Part shown: positions 38,873-52,760 of the stretch, in pieces
Numbering within the stretch: position 1 is the first letter of the stretch
Layout of the letters: each line of letters begins with the position of its first letter
Source of the DNA: Owenia fusiformis
Lineage: Eukaryota
Assembly: GCA_903813345.2 (NCBI GenBank)
Contig: CAIIXF020000001.1
Span: 7,812,001 to 7,876,000 of the forward strand
Reading direction: 5' to 3'
DNA length: 64,000 nucleotides
Notes under the pieces: generated by a model
The model's database searches: none
What the model was told of the DNA's origin: nothing
Seen by the model: only the letters and a program-made list of their open reading frames with translations
Program-made: the position numbers and the translations under genes

Positions 38873-41800
38873 TCAATCCTTCTGTTTCAGGTATGTCAGG
38901 ATAAAACTGTTCAATTCACTGTCTATGTAACTTGCCTTGTTCCTGAAAATACCGTGTACATTATACTTTCATAACACATTTATAAATATCAATAGCTTTT
39001 TACATTATTATCTTCCATTAATGTATTACTTATTTCCATCTCATTTAATCTATGTTGACGAGGAAATGTCCAAAACTTCCCAAATGTTCAAGATTTTCTA
39101 ATTCTCAACTGGGTGTTAAAAGATTTTCAAATGGGTGTCAATGGAATTTCAAATGGGTGAAAATTTATATTAGTTCACAGAATCTCAACTGATTTATTTT
39201 TCAATTCAATTTCAATTTATTTCAAGTTTTTTAGACACATGAGAGTTCACAATGACATAAAAATAAACACCAGTGTCTTCAATACTTGAGCGGAAACTGA
39301 ATGCTCACAAATGATTTACCAGCAACAACAAGACCCATTGTCACCACTCTAATATACAATATATGTAACAGCACATAAAGTACAAACCGTAAACTTTTTG
39401 ACTGTGCACCAATCTCTTCCAACTTTCCTATTTCTTTGTTGAGTTTCTTAATCTCCTCTTGGAGGTCTGCCTTGGATAGATCCACCTGTTGACACAGTTG
39501 TGTGAAAGTGGTAGACAGTTCCCTGAAACAATCAAGTAATTCATTAATGATAAGATTTTATGGGTAACCTATTTGTTACGAAATCTAACACAATTTTTAA
39601 TGGTTACCAGGTATTATATAGCAAAATCCACAGTTTTAATTATTTCCTCAAACAATTAATGACAATGATCAATATGAAAATCCCTACAAATGTGATGTGG
39701 TAGAATCACAAGATAATCTCAAACAACATCCAACCAACAAAATTGTACAATCTGAAAGCAGATGTTATTTTTCCACTTGAACATAGTGAATCAACCTTTA
39801 AAATTTGAGCCAAATTCAACTAATGTTATTTAAATAATCATCCAAACAGATGAACAAATGTCTAGATGAGTGAACAGGAAACTTCCCTTAATCTCCATAG
39901 AAAATATTTAAAAATCTACAAATGTAACTTACTGTTGCACTTGGTGACTACAGTTAGCACCAGTAAGATCAACAATCAGCTTCAGTTTACTGGAGGCATA
40001 CTTCACATACTGATGCTTGAACTTGCGTTCCTTGGCCTTGTTGGTCCATAGGAGTCTCTCATAAAGATATAACAGGCCATAGATAGCACCACTTAGCGCT
40101 AGTATGCGCCATCCAGCAGCCTTGGCCACCTACAAGACAGTTAGTAGACATAGTTATACCTATTTGTATAATACATGTAGTTGTAGAAATGCTAGTTGTG
40201 GATTGAGCTGTTATGTGGAGTTCTGAGATTTTAATATAATACAAGTTGGTGATATTAGCAAGCAGAGTTCCCATAGCAACTGATAACAATTCAAATTATA
40301 ATACAAACTGCCAACTTAACTTGGTAAAATTAGCATAACAAAATGTCACCACCTGGTTGCTATCACAAAAGTGTAACAATCTGTTAAAAACATCAAAATA
40401 CAGATTAAAACATGGTGGCTATAACAATATGTCACTACTTCTTAGCGGTGACGTAAAGGAACCTTAAGCCTTAGTCACATTTGCACTATGGCAGCCGTAG
40501 CTTCACAAAATATATACATATATCGTGAATGTACATCGTAGTGCTTATCCCTATATTTTATGCTGCTTATCTCTTTCTATTTTTCTATTTTGGGAAGCTA
40601 TGGCCACCATACGGTTAACATATATTAAATGTGAGTGAGTCATTAGTGTGACTTACTAGACCAGTTACAGCCAGGGCACCCACAGTGGTCCTTGAGTAGA
40701 GTGATGAGAAAGTGGCCAAGAGGGCTAGCAACACCTCATTATCATCTGATCCCATGGTTCGGTGGGCCTCGTTAGTTGGTGTCTGGGGTGTCATGGGCAT
40801 TGAACGGGGAATCTAAAAAAGCAAAATTGAAACTAAATAACCCACATACATGTAAGTTTTTTAATCTTATGGTTTCCAAAATGTTTATTCTCTGTTGACT
40901 TTATAATGTCATTTGAACCTCTGTAAACAGATTTAGGTACCTCCAAAGTGGAACAGTTTTTTTTCACTTACAGCGGTTTTTCTGTACTCACATTTTGCAC
41001 AAATCCTCGACCAAGTATCATTGAGGCCTGTTTCGGGCCCATGAATCTATTGACAAGAGCCGTTATGCCATACGAAAACCTGAACTCTAGGTCCTCGTGA
41101 AAATCTGCACACAGGTTGCGACAATCCAGCTTATAAGCAATCTCAAAGTCTCTTCGTGGCAAGAAGTTCAGTGTATTTTGTTTTTGTTCTTCTGGAAGGA
41201 GTGCTACCATTTTTTCTGAAAAACACAAAACAAATTTGTGAAATAAACTTTTTGTATCGTTTCAAATATTTTCAAATTTTCAACAAGCATAGAATTTACA
41301 AATAGACAAGGAAAAGTTTTATAATTGAGAAACAATATAGCCCTAGGGTGCTATAAAACTATATATGAACAAGGCTATAATCAGGTATAGTGTCTGGTAT
41401 TTATTTCAGATATACTAAATGTTTAAGAAAGTCTATATATTGTAGAATACATTGGACATAGTAAAATATTTAAGTAATTGGAGAATGCTCGATATCATAA
41501 TTATAAACACCAAAATATAATAAGCTACAATACAACACGTAGATGGCAAAACGGTGAATGAGCAATTAAATAGACTTAGTTTCTTTCTCCGACACCATAT
41601 ATCAAAAGTTGAAAAAATCATAGCAGCTTGCAAATTACAGCATCAATGGGTTGTGGTAAAACCTTTAAAAGATGGTTAATTCAATGAATAGTAGAACCAG
41701 GCCTTTTAGTTTTTCTAATTTTGTTTTATTTTAGGATCAGAGTTAGACACCGAAGCCCTTAATAGTTTTACAGTCAAGTTGACCAGTATTTTGCCTTATT

Positions 41801-44800
41801 ACATGTTTGAACAGAAAAATGTGTACCTTAATATTAACTTGCAAGAATTCAGATGTAAATGTTAGTTATCACATGTTAAATCATATTGAATTAATTTTTA
41901 CTATCCATTACCACATTATTGTAAGCTAAAACCCTAATCACATGGACATGGGGAGCACCAATTTTCCCCATGTTATGACAAGGCATGACCCACCCAAATC
42001 ACTATTGGTTGCCATGGTAATTGCCAAAAATCTGTTCAACCTTGAAACATGTCTTGTAACATGTTATGAACATTACTACTTCAGTTATTTAAAATTACAA
42101 AATGTAACATTTGTAACAGATCCTGACTGCCAGTCACAAAAAGGGGAGGTAATAATAAATAACCACTTTTCGTGGGTAACATAAAAGAAAATGGAGAGCT
42201 CCATTAAACATTCAAACCTGTCATTTGCCGGGACTCCTCTTCCACTGTTATTGTGAGTGCTTTAGAGCAGCGTGACTGTAAATTCCGACCCAAGCTTTTC
42301 TCTACGTAGGCATGCAAACCCTATGTACAAAGCATACGGCAAACTAATCAAGACACAGTTAAAACAATAAAACAGTTAACAGTGGGTAACGAGTGTGTCG
42401 ACACATAAATCAAATATCACTTTTCAGCAGGTGAAATTAAGGTCTAAAATGAAATGGTTCATTGATGTGGTGAAAAATCTGAAACGAATGAAATGAAATC
42501 ATGCAACTGAATTTTACTTCTTAATTAAATGAGTAGGGGATATTTCTTCAACTCATTTTAAAAACAGCAAATGCTAAATTAATATGCATGCATTTCATCA
42601 TCTCCAAATGCAGAGCTCCAGACACCAAGCACTGAAGGAATGAACATAGTGAATGAGTTCTGGAGCCATGAACTTGGAGGATGACATTTTCCTTTAACAA
42701 GCAAAGCTTAACAATAAACTCTGACACTATATTGAATATTGTACATATGTCAAAATTAATAATACTGATAAAATATAAGAGCAGACTTCACAATAAAGTG
42801 TTTTGTCATATATAAATTGTTAACTTAATACAAACACTATCTGTTATCTGATTGGTGTAACATAAGCTGTCTATGAACCAATCAGACTACAGATATGTAC
42901 AGTAAAATTTCAAGGGGGGGGGGATTAAGGGCCTTTTTGGGCATTACTTGGCCTTTTGGGCCTTATTTTTAATTGGAGGTCTGATCATAAAAAAATCGGC
43001 CATAAATTTTCTAAATTTTCAAGCGTGAAATTTTTTTCTGACTTGAAATGTGACTCCCCTTGTTAGCTTCTGGATCCGCCAGTACTGTATATGTATTAAG
43101 TTATCAACTTATGTCAACCAAAACTCTCAAGTAATTTCCAAACACTTTGTTCAGTGCATTCCTTCTTTCTCTCGTTAGCATCATGAATTAGCTACAGGTT
43201 GAATCAAGATATGCAGCAGTAAGGAAAGAGGAATATTATGCACTGAACAAAGCTAGGAGATTGACCCTCTAGGTCCAAAAATATTTTGATCAAGGGTCAG
43301 AGCAGTGATGCATGTCACACTGAGTACACATAGAAATAAATATTGGACTTATATTCAGACACCCAAATCTCACAACCATATAAGGGTGTACCTATAACAT
43401 CACGACTTGTCAGTTCTTGGATCTTATGGACAAATGGCGAGCATTTTGCATGGAGCTGCAAACTTAAGTTTTTGTCCATGAAGATATGGAGAGCCTGCAA
43501 TATTAAACACTTGATGTTCATTTATTAAAGTAGTTTTCTTCAAATCATTTCATATCATGTAACATAGACATAGGAAAGTACATTTACTGGGTATTATTAA
43601 TCCAGTAACAATCCCCCTAATTTTACAAATGCATTACTTCAGTACTTTTTTTAATGTATCACTTCAATGATTTTACAATTTATCACTACGGTAATTTTAC
43701 AATGTATTTTTTTGATTTTGTTCACTTTCTCCAGTTCTCTGCAAATCATATTCAATATTAATGTTTACCTTTTTATAATTGTCCATATTGACTCTATCTG
43801 GTAGAAAGGGTCGATCAAATTCATCCACTAGTAAAGAAAGTCGTCGAATTTCTTCATTCAGTGCACTTGAAACCTGAAAAGACAAACAAGAAGACCATAG
43901 ATTTATAAAGAGTCATGCAAATAGCAACAAGGCTTTAACATGTAAATTGTTGCCACCATTTGTTACAGACACCACCGCCGGTCGCCAACTGCCGACCATC
44001 GTCACAAAAAATGGAGACCTTAACAATATGTCACCAATTTTGGAGGCAACATAACTAGATCATTGCTAATACATGCCTAGATTTCAAATATGATATTAAT
44101 TTTATTATTTTGAATATTTAATCATGAAAACTAAGATTATTCCTACTGACATCTGGACAACTGAAAACAGGAGATTTACACTTTATAACCTGTAATTCAC
44201 AAAATGTAGAGTAAGTGTTAATATAATGGATATGGATATATACTGGGAAACATAACTTATCAGTATATAGTACACTTAGTAACAGCATATTTGAGAGGAA
44301 TCATTGTTGTTATGAAAGAAAATAATTAATATCTCAATAATCTTACTGTTCTTTCCACTTCCTCTGTCATCTCATATATTTTGCTTTTAATATCTTTAGT
44401 CATCATATCTAGTTGTCTGTCTACATAGTCTAGCTTGTCTGCATGTTCCTTTCGTGTACTGTACTTCTCAGCTCTGCAAATGTGAGTGATGAACTTCATT
44501 ATTAAAGAGACAGGAGCTTTTTAAAAACTACTAATTACATGTGCGTATATTGTTCAATGTGGTATTTTCTCCCATTGAATTTTGGAATTTAATTTTAATT
44601 AATTGATTTAATTAATTTTTCAAATAAAATAAAATCACAATCTATGGGTCATTAACAGAAAATTCATAAGATAAGGAATTCCAAAATCAATTGTTTTAGC
44701 AATGGATATATCGACATAATGACATCATACGAGGGGAATAATGGAATTTTTTCTGGAAAATTCTTAATATCTATTAATGACCACCTAATTTTAATACTAG

Positions 44801-47800
44801 ATGTCATTCTCAACTCTTGTTCCATATATTTTCATATCCTAAACCCACGATATACGCACTTACTTCATATGAATAGCTCTTTCAAAGACATTGTCCAAAA
44901 CTGCCATCAGTTCACTAGATATACTTTTTCCTCTTACTGTATGCTGTTCAAATTTTGTCTTTACAGCTGATTTAGATATACATTCTTCAAATTTTCTTTC
45001 AAAATCAGCAAACTCAAAGAGCCTTGCCTGATACCCCTCGGCTAAGACACTGGCTGGAATAGATCATATTGAAAAAATACATTCAAAGGCGTAGCATTGG
45101 TAAGGCAAACATATTATGATTTTGGGATTTAATTAATTGTCAGTATTAGATGTTGATTTACTTATTAAACCGCAGTCCAATCAGAGCGTGTAAGAGCCAT
45201 TTTATACAAGATTGAATACAATAAATATTTCGATTTCAAAATGCTGATTCCATCTTTTGTTCTATTAGCCTATATACTTAACAATTCAAATCATAACCAT
45301 CATAATTTTTTCACTTACTGGGAGTGCTGGTGTGTGGGGACCGTGATATAAGGGCCTCTTTGGCTGATACAAAGAACACTCTATCTTCAGCTTCTGTCTT
45401 AGAACACACCTTTAGCTCATTGGCCAAGAAATCAATGTCTCGCTCCAAATGTTGGCGCTTCACCTGTATGACAAACACAGAGTTTATAATATTTTTTTCC
45501 TATCGAAAAGTCACTCTGTAAAAAATCATGAAACATTATATGATCCACCCTGAGTGTATTGTATTTTTGGTTTCATAGGTCTGTTGGGACATAGGAACAC
45601 AATTTCTCCTACAGATATTTGGGCAATTAATGGATGAAGAAGTACATGAGTGCATTAAGTAATTTGGAACTATGGACCCTCATTTAAATATCTACGAGCC
45701 TTAAGAAGAGGGGGAATTGTTCTTCATACCTGTTCTGCATACTCTGGTTCAGAAGCACTAGCATCCCATCTATTGTTCAGGATAAAGATGTTAGGCTTTG
45801 ATAAACGTTCACTGACTTTATGAAAGAAATTCTTTTCCTGAAAATAAATAATTACAGTAATACATTACTTTAGATGTTAAATTTTAGATGGAAAATATTT
45901 CTGATTATGGATAAAATCCTGGGTGTAAAAATGTAACACCATTGTATTAATTATTTTTCTAATTATAAATTCAAAATGTTGACACACAATTGTGAAAGTT
46001 GCAATATAGAATATTTAGTTTTGAGACATTTTGTTTCTCTATGAATTACATATATCCTATGAAAAGAATTCAAAAATATAATGAGTTGTAAGGGGCGGGG
46101 TCAAAATATCAATGTTCATATGGAGACGAAAGTAATTTCGTTTGGACAACAACCCCCCCACCCCCCCTCTAGACGAAAGCTTAGGTCACTTCAAAAAAAC
46201 ATTGATTTAAAAGTCAAATGAGAGGCATAATCGTATCCTATTTGCCGGGTTATTATTACGGTGAATTAACACACGTTCGCAAATTTAACTGCATTGAACT
46301 CTTCAAAAGGAGGAGGGAAAAGTACGGAATTTATTTGAAAAATGATCGAATTATCATCTTTATCTACCGATATTTTGGACCTATCACACAAAAAAGCTCA
46401 CGAACTATTGAAAACAAGCCTTTTTATCAGAACATAGCGCCAGAAAAAGTGGGTATTATAGTCCAATTATTTTTTGTATATCAGATCCGAATTATCGATG
46501 TTTTTTTGGTCAACGAAAGTGCCCAAAAACCCCCTCCCCCTCGCGAAAGTACTTTCGTCTCCATATGAACATCGATATTTTGACCCCGCCCCTAAGGAGA
46601 CATTGATTCAATATTGTCATAATTTTTATGCTTTTTATGCTGTATGGAATTGGATTATTACACTTACAGTTTGCATGAGGGTTGATTCAGCATTTGAAAC
46701 AAGTACAAACACATCAGCATCCATACAGAACTTATCAATCCAAACATCTGTGTTAGGGTGGACATCTATACCAGGGCTACAAGAAAAGAAATACATATCA
46801 CTATCACTCAAATGCAACTTAATTTTGAATGTATTTTATCCAATTATTTCACTCTTATTGAAATTAAAGTGTTGAAAATTTGTGTTTTTGCTACTAAAAC
46901 ATATTTTATTCATATATTTTTCGAAATTATAATAAAATGAATGTGTAAATTGAAATATTTTTTTTCAATTCACAAAAGTGCATTTCTTTAAAAAATTGAA
47001 CAGAATTCCCAATCATTAAACGATCAGCAAAAAAGAAAATGAGATTGCCCTGACCTATCTACAAGGATAACATCATCTTTCAGTAAGTTGCACTTGTCTT
47101 TCGGCCAATTGATTCTGATCATTGAGTCCTCTGATGCTTTCGTGGAACTCAAGGCACTCCCAAGCTTTTGTACATCCTACAAGGCAGTTTGATTTGATTT
47201 GAGTATTTTTGTAAGCATTATTTTTATGTTTATTTTGAATTCATCATTATGCTTTTCACATGGTAATCAAACTTGTTAGAATCAAAGAATTGACGTTCAT
47301 AAGTCAGTCATTACTTTGGAATTACAATTTGAAATTTACTAAGCATGTAGAATATCATATGTTTAATCCTTACCCCGATTTGTTTCCTGTCATCTGAACC
47401 CTCTTGGAGAAGATAGCCCTCTGGCTCATCTGTCCCTTCCACACACACAAAGCATATGGTGGTGTGTCCAATACCAGAGGGAAGAATCTTGTCACGCAAC
47501 ATTGCATTGATCACAGTACTCTTGCCATTGGAGGTCCTGTCAATAGAATATTCAAGCTTTAGCATTGATAATATGTTTTGGTGTTTTGACAGCATAGGTC
47601 AGAGAGAGCTTTGCAAATAGTGGTGGTCTGCCTTAAATTAAAGCTAAAGCACTTGGTAAAATTACCTCGCGCACAATTCATTTACTCAACAAGGCATTAA
47701 CATGCAAAATGTTACTACCAGCCATATGTTATAGACATCGACGACTGAACTCTGTTACAGATGCCAAACACCAGCCACCGAACCCCAACTGTCAAACACC

Positions 47801-48719
47801 AACCCCCAAACACTCCCCACAAAAACATGGCAAATAATACAAATTTTATGAAACTGAGTGGAGGTTTTTGTCATATTTCTATTAGATATAAAATTCTATA
47901 CTTTTGTATAGAAGATTAATCCTACCTGCCAAAGAAGGCCACTTTCATATGGTCTCTGTTCAGCACATCTATAATGCCTCTAATTTTTCCTCTATAAGCT
48001 TTTACATTCTCTATCTGCATTGCATCTACGATTCTCTCTTCAGCAGGAACACCTAAGGCAAAGATAGTTGGGAATAAAACAGCAGTGATCTCCAAAGCAT
48101 TAAAGCAAGTGGGTGTGGCACCCACCTGAGATTTTAAAAACAGGCTTGTACCCACCTGATCCGTTTGCATCCACTTGAAAATGAGAAAAATCATGAAAAT
48201 AGGCATGTTTTAACCAATTTTGGTCTGAATTGTGAAAACACGAATTTGAAAATGAAAATCCTGTGGAGAACACTGAATATTGTGTTGATTGAGAATAAAA
48301 AGTGATCTGATGGATCATACAAGAAAAGTGATGATTTCAAGTTACAACTTTCAAGCCTATAATGGCTTAGACAGCACTAGTTTAAAATGCAAAATAAGGT
48401 CCTTATAAGTCATCTTGCAAGGATAAGAAAAGTAGTGTACCTCAAGAGTGTATCAGAATGTAGAAAATTATAATCAAAGAACACATAAATAATTTCATTA
48501 TTTATGCAGTGATATCATCAACACAGGACACTTACCTGATAAGAATCTATCACTTTCTGTAACATATTCATCAATATTTTTAAACACTTGTCGAATTTTA
48601 CTTTTAGCATGTCCGAAAATTTTCAAAGGTGATGCTGCATTAGTATTATGTCCATTTCCCAAGTTCCGAGATTCTCCAGCCATGTTAGATGATAATGCCA
48701 TTTGCAATCTGCCGGACAT
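38873..48719 (-). CDS. MFN: Mitofusin (Marf/MFN1/2-like dynamin-family GTPase), 16 coding exons, 754 aa
   Basis: Exons (minus strand): 48719-48536, 48052-47926, 47536-47374, 47176-47055, 46776-46668, 45837-45730, 45463-45319, 45053-44864, 44473-44347, 43873-43769, 42320-42218, 41215-40992, 40812-40657, 40129-39933, 39522-39388, 38942-38873; total 2265 nt in phase. Motifs [93 protein letters not shown]. Confidence 0.97.
43926..44053 (+). mobile_element. Short interspersed HINE-like family (further copies near 10730, 40333, 47688)
   Basis: Shared head AACAAGRCWTTAACATG..AAATGTYRCYAC, internal TGTTACAGACACC, and tail AACAATATGTCAC followed by a short hairpin. Confidence 0.5.
46092..46592. mobile_element. 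PIF/Harbinger (Tourist-like) MITE
   Basis: ~50-bp near-perfect TIR GGGGCGGGGTCAAAATATCAATGTTCATATGGAGACGAAAGTA / TACTTTCGTCTCCATATGAACATCGATATTTTGACCCCGCCCC, with TAA TSD on both sides. Confidence 0.85.
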
Positions 48720-51162
48720 AGTTGGGTGTCTTCCTCAGGGGTACTATTTAACTGAAAAATCAATGGTTGTGTATTTAGGAAAATTGTCTTTTGTTAATTT
48801 CCGCTAATTGCCCCCTCCTCCACTATTCTTCCTTCCCCAAATCATGAATCGCAACAGCAGCAAGGACAATAGTAGAATTAGCAGACTGTTCCATGGATAG
48901 GGGAGAGGTAGCTGTTTATGTGCACCAGAGTTTATAAAATTTCCATTTCATGTTTCTCTTGATCTGATTGGTCCATTCACCAAATAAGGAGGAGTGCATA
49001 ATGTTTTAAGAATTTTGCAATTGTCACTTTTGCAGAATTAAGTCTGGCCCATTAATAGTAAGTTCATTAACATATAGTTGAATTATATACACCAGTGTAA
49101 TGAAAGTAAAATTCTAATTCCATTTCTTCATGCCAACTGCCCATGTGTATCACAGTCGATCTGATTGCTCCATTCAGTTGTGGCTTGCTTCTTAGATCCG
49201 GAGCGCCTTATTTCCTAAAAGGACCAATCAGATTGTGCAACGCATACAAACGGTATGTGCAGTAGCCATGAAGATATGAAAGAGTAAATTTAGCTGCATA
49301 ACCTGGAGAATAAACTCAGCTAATAGTAGGCTATAGGACTTCCCACAATTCATGCATCAATAATATAAATGAATATTTAATGCAAAATGTTACGTGGACT
49401 CGTTTGATAGTGTTTCCACTAGTGTTATTGTGATGTGCCATATTCGTGCATCGATGCATCTGCAATTTTCAGGAGTAAACGCAACAAATAAATAATAGCA
49501 CGCTGGGACTTCCGGTAACAGTAAAGTGAAAGTAAACATTTTTAAATCAATATTTCATTTTAACTAGCTAAAAACAATTTTAACGCGAAATAATATCAGA
49601 GAACATAGGAAAACGAACTAAGACATGAGAAAGGCAAGATATTTGCATCCAAATGAAGCTAAATGAGATAAGGAAGGGTGATTTTTAGGAAATTTAATTT
49701 TTTTTAAAACATCAATGTTTTGTTTCGGACATCTTTGCATCGCCAGAATCAGCTTTGACGATGTATATATTGAGGTGTATTGATTAATTGGGACAACGCT
49801 AGTCTTCAAATAATTTCAAGTCGTACATTATCAAGGTAGTTTTAATTGGTTTCGAACAATAAAGAAAATACCATACACGGATGCATGTGAAAGTTGAACG
49901 CAATGTAGAAGAGAGAATAATAAAGAAAGCCATAAACATTGAGTTCAACTTGTTGAACTCGATGAATTCCTTTGGTTACTGCAATTCAATCAATCCTGGC
50001 CCAGTCGAGTGGTTGGAGACGGCCGGTGTAAAAGGGTAGTAGGTCCTATCAAATTATGGTCCTACTCTCCATTAATTTATATGGTGACCTAAATACAACT
50101 CTTTCCCTCATTATCTTATACACAATCAGGGCCAGTAAGAGCCGTTAAGAAAGGGGACCATAATCCCTGGGGGACCATCATTTCTTTCACACCTGCCTGG
50201 ATCTTATGATACATACCTACTTTTATGACACGTTGGCATCTAAATTACTACCAAGAAAGAAAAAATTACAGCTTTCACATAATATTTCATATTTACCTTT
50301 TTGTCATCGTCGAAAGGTTTAAATTTGACAATCAAAAGCCCTACCCAAAAAAATATTTTGAAAGATCAAACGTGCGTAAACTTTTGCAGGAGCACATCGA
50401 AAGGCAACACTCAATACGGAATCACATCATAGCATCATTGGAATCATTTAATTACTTGTGTACAAATAAAGCAGATTATTTCAGTATATTCAATCGAACA
50501 TAAAAATACACACTTCACATTCATTGAATAGTGTGATGAAGAGTTTATATATTTGCCATTTTCTGCAAAGAGTTTGACTTTTAGATATCTCCAGTCACCA
50601 AAACATTTTTTGGAAAGATGGTAAAATTTTACCTTCTAAGGCCACTATATCGTGGCTAGAGACTCGAGTAAGTAAAATTAAACATTGTTAAAGTTTAAAC
50701 TAGTCAATACATTTCGAATTTAACCGAATCCTTTTAGCTAGATCTATCTATAGTATCGAAATAAATCCTAAATTCAATGATTCTGAGATCAAGACTTCGA
50801 CTGAGAAATAATCTTACAGTTAGGCCTACATTAACCAAACCCGTCATATGACTTATATCTCAGTCTCTGATAACTGACGTTGTCCCAGGGATGACATACA
50901 GTATATCACTATCCTCTGCTAGGGGGTATATTGTAGTATGTATCCAACAGACCGAATATAATATTCGGTCTGTTATGATTGATATATTTCCTGTGGAAAT
51001 CGCGGTGATAATTTTTGCACATTAATTTCTCGTTTATTATAAGAATGTTCAGCTTGAAAATTGGTGAATATGTTGCAGAGATGTTCATCTTAAACTAGAA
51101 GCATAAATATTTGTATAAGGCAGGTACAAGTTGATATAAAATAATGAAATGTTCAGACTCAC

Positions 51163-51611
51163 CGAAACTTCAGGATGTGTTCATAAGTAGATCGCGAAAT
51201 CAATGTCAAGGACGTTTGAGTTCACGAGATCCAAACGAGATATGCAAATTTTGAACTTTGACAACACATGACCACTTGATTACCTCGGCCTTCTTCATGA
51301 ATATTTCCGTTCTATTTACTATAAATGAAGAAAATTAATCGGGATAATGATAATAAATGACTAGATCTAATAAATTCCCGCACAAATGGAATTTAGCAAT
51401 ACGCTTCCGTAATGTTGCTCCCGCTCCACGTGTTATTTGTTTACAAATAGACTGACGTCACTGGCTAAATCTCGTTTATCGTGAGAATTGGCATTGCCAA
51501 AATGGCTTGACCTAATCAATGGCTTCGCTACAAGAAGCGTCTGTACATTTTATGAATATCTTCAGTAAGAGGACAATATACGAAAAAATAATATTGTGAG
51601 TTCTTTATAAG
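51163..51611. promoter_or_regulatory. Probable bidirectional promoter with non-coding first exons of mitofusin (minus) and the kinesin-like gene (plus)
   Basis: Minus-strand donor GTGAGT at 51162-51157 and plus-strand donor AAG/GTAATC at 51611/51612 point away from each other. Between them: CACGTG 51427-51432, CRE TGACGTCA 51453-51460, YY1-like CAAAATGGC near 51498, and local CpG enrichment. Matching acceptors lie at 48752 (minus) and 53831 (plus). Confidence 0.55.
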
Positions 51612-52439
51612 GTAATCATTCTATCATTAAACAAACTTATTTGTAACATTTATACAACACCACATTTTACAATAGGTGACTTACAGTCTGAATATTTATT
51701 CAGACGAAGGATACAGTCTAGGGTATATTGGGGGGGGGGGGTATATACAGTGGCGTAGCGTTGGTATTTTGTGAGTGTACACCACAAGCGGGCGGAGCGA
51801 ACAAGGTTTGAGGTGGCTGGGGTGGTTGATCATGGTTACCTTCTTCTAAGGCCACTGTATCGTGAGTAAAGATATATTCCTGCATGAACAACTGGTCATG
51901 TCGTAATCATAAAATTTGAAATCATATGTCCGCCATTTTTCCACATCACAATTTGAATTGCGAGTTTTGGTCTTATTACCTCACCAAAAATTCCAAAACA
52001 CACATAAAGTGATCAGTGTATTAGTTCACATCTTCTGTATCGCTAACTTAGAATTTAAAGCCAGTTACTAATGTCAGACGTTAACAACATTTCGTCCAGT
52101 TTTCGAACATCGCCATTTTTCTTGGAGCCATTTTGTTTTAATTTTAGACGAAATCCTGATGAAATCATGTCATATCTCATCAAGGAGCCGAGTCGGTTCC
52201 GTTTTAATTAATGATTTATTTATCTGGCGATTTTTAAAATATTCAATAAATTTATGACACGGCGGCAAACTTTTTTCAAATGGAGTTCACAGTATTCCAG
52301 ATGAAATCCCCTCCAGCCAAGTATTGGCTAGAGACTCGAGTAAGATCATGCCATATGCTTTCAACTAGAAGGGTAGGCAACTTCCCCTATTTCATACATA
52401 CTGTACATGTAATCATTGCCTTTGGGTTTTCAAAATTGG

Positions 52440-52760
52440 AAAATGTATACATTCCAAGAAAATCTTATTTTGTTCTTCTTGTGGATGATTTAAAGAAATA
52501 GCTCAAAAATAAAAACATGATTATCAACATACATGTTGACAATTTAATAAAAATGGAATTCATCATAATTATGACAATGCAGAAAGTGAACATTCTCCCA
52601 CAAATTATGCTTTTTATTGGAATGTGTTCTTGAATAATTACCCACAATGCAATACTCTATGTCTATGTTGATAATCTGCAAAAGGCTAATAAGCCCATAT
52701 AAAGCAGATATATAATTTAACTGTGATAGAATTTGAAACCTTAACATTTAAAAATAGATC
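52440..52760 (-). mobile_element. Decayed LINE 3' fragment (related pieces at ~37330-37700 and ~43330-43560)
   Basis: Minus-strand remnants LLAFCRLST and DEFHF (C-terminal zinc-knuckle region of non-LTR ORF2), and LYGCEIW at ~43370. TGTCTATGTYGATAATCTRCAAAAGGCTAATAAGCC is shared by 37541 and 52660. Confidence 0.5.

Noticed and set aside
38834-38875. Mitofusin TGA-C stop as a readthrough site
   Set aside because: Only 12 codons to the next stop, which is unremarkable by chance.
46218-46875. Long plus-strand ORFs 46218-46568 and 46474-46875
   Set aside because: They lie in a MITE and antisense to a mitofusin exon, with no recognisable domain.
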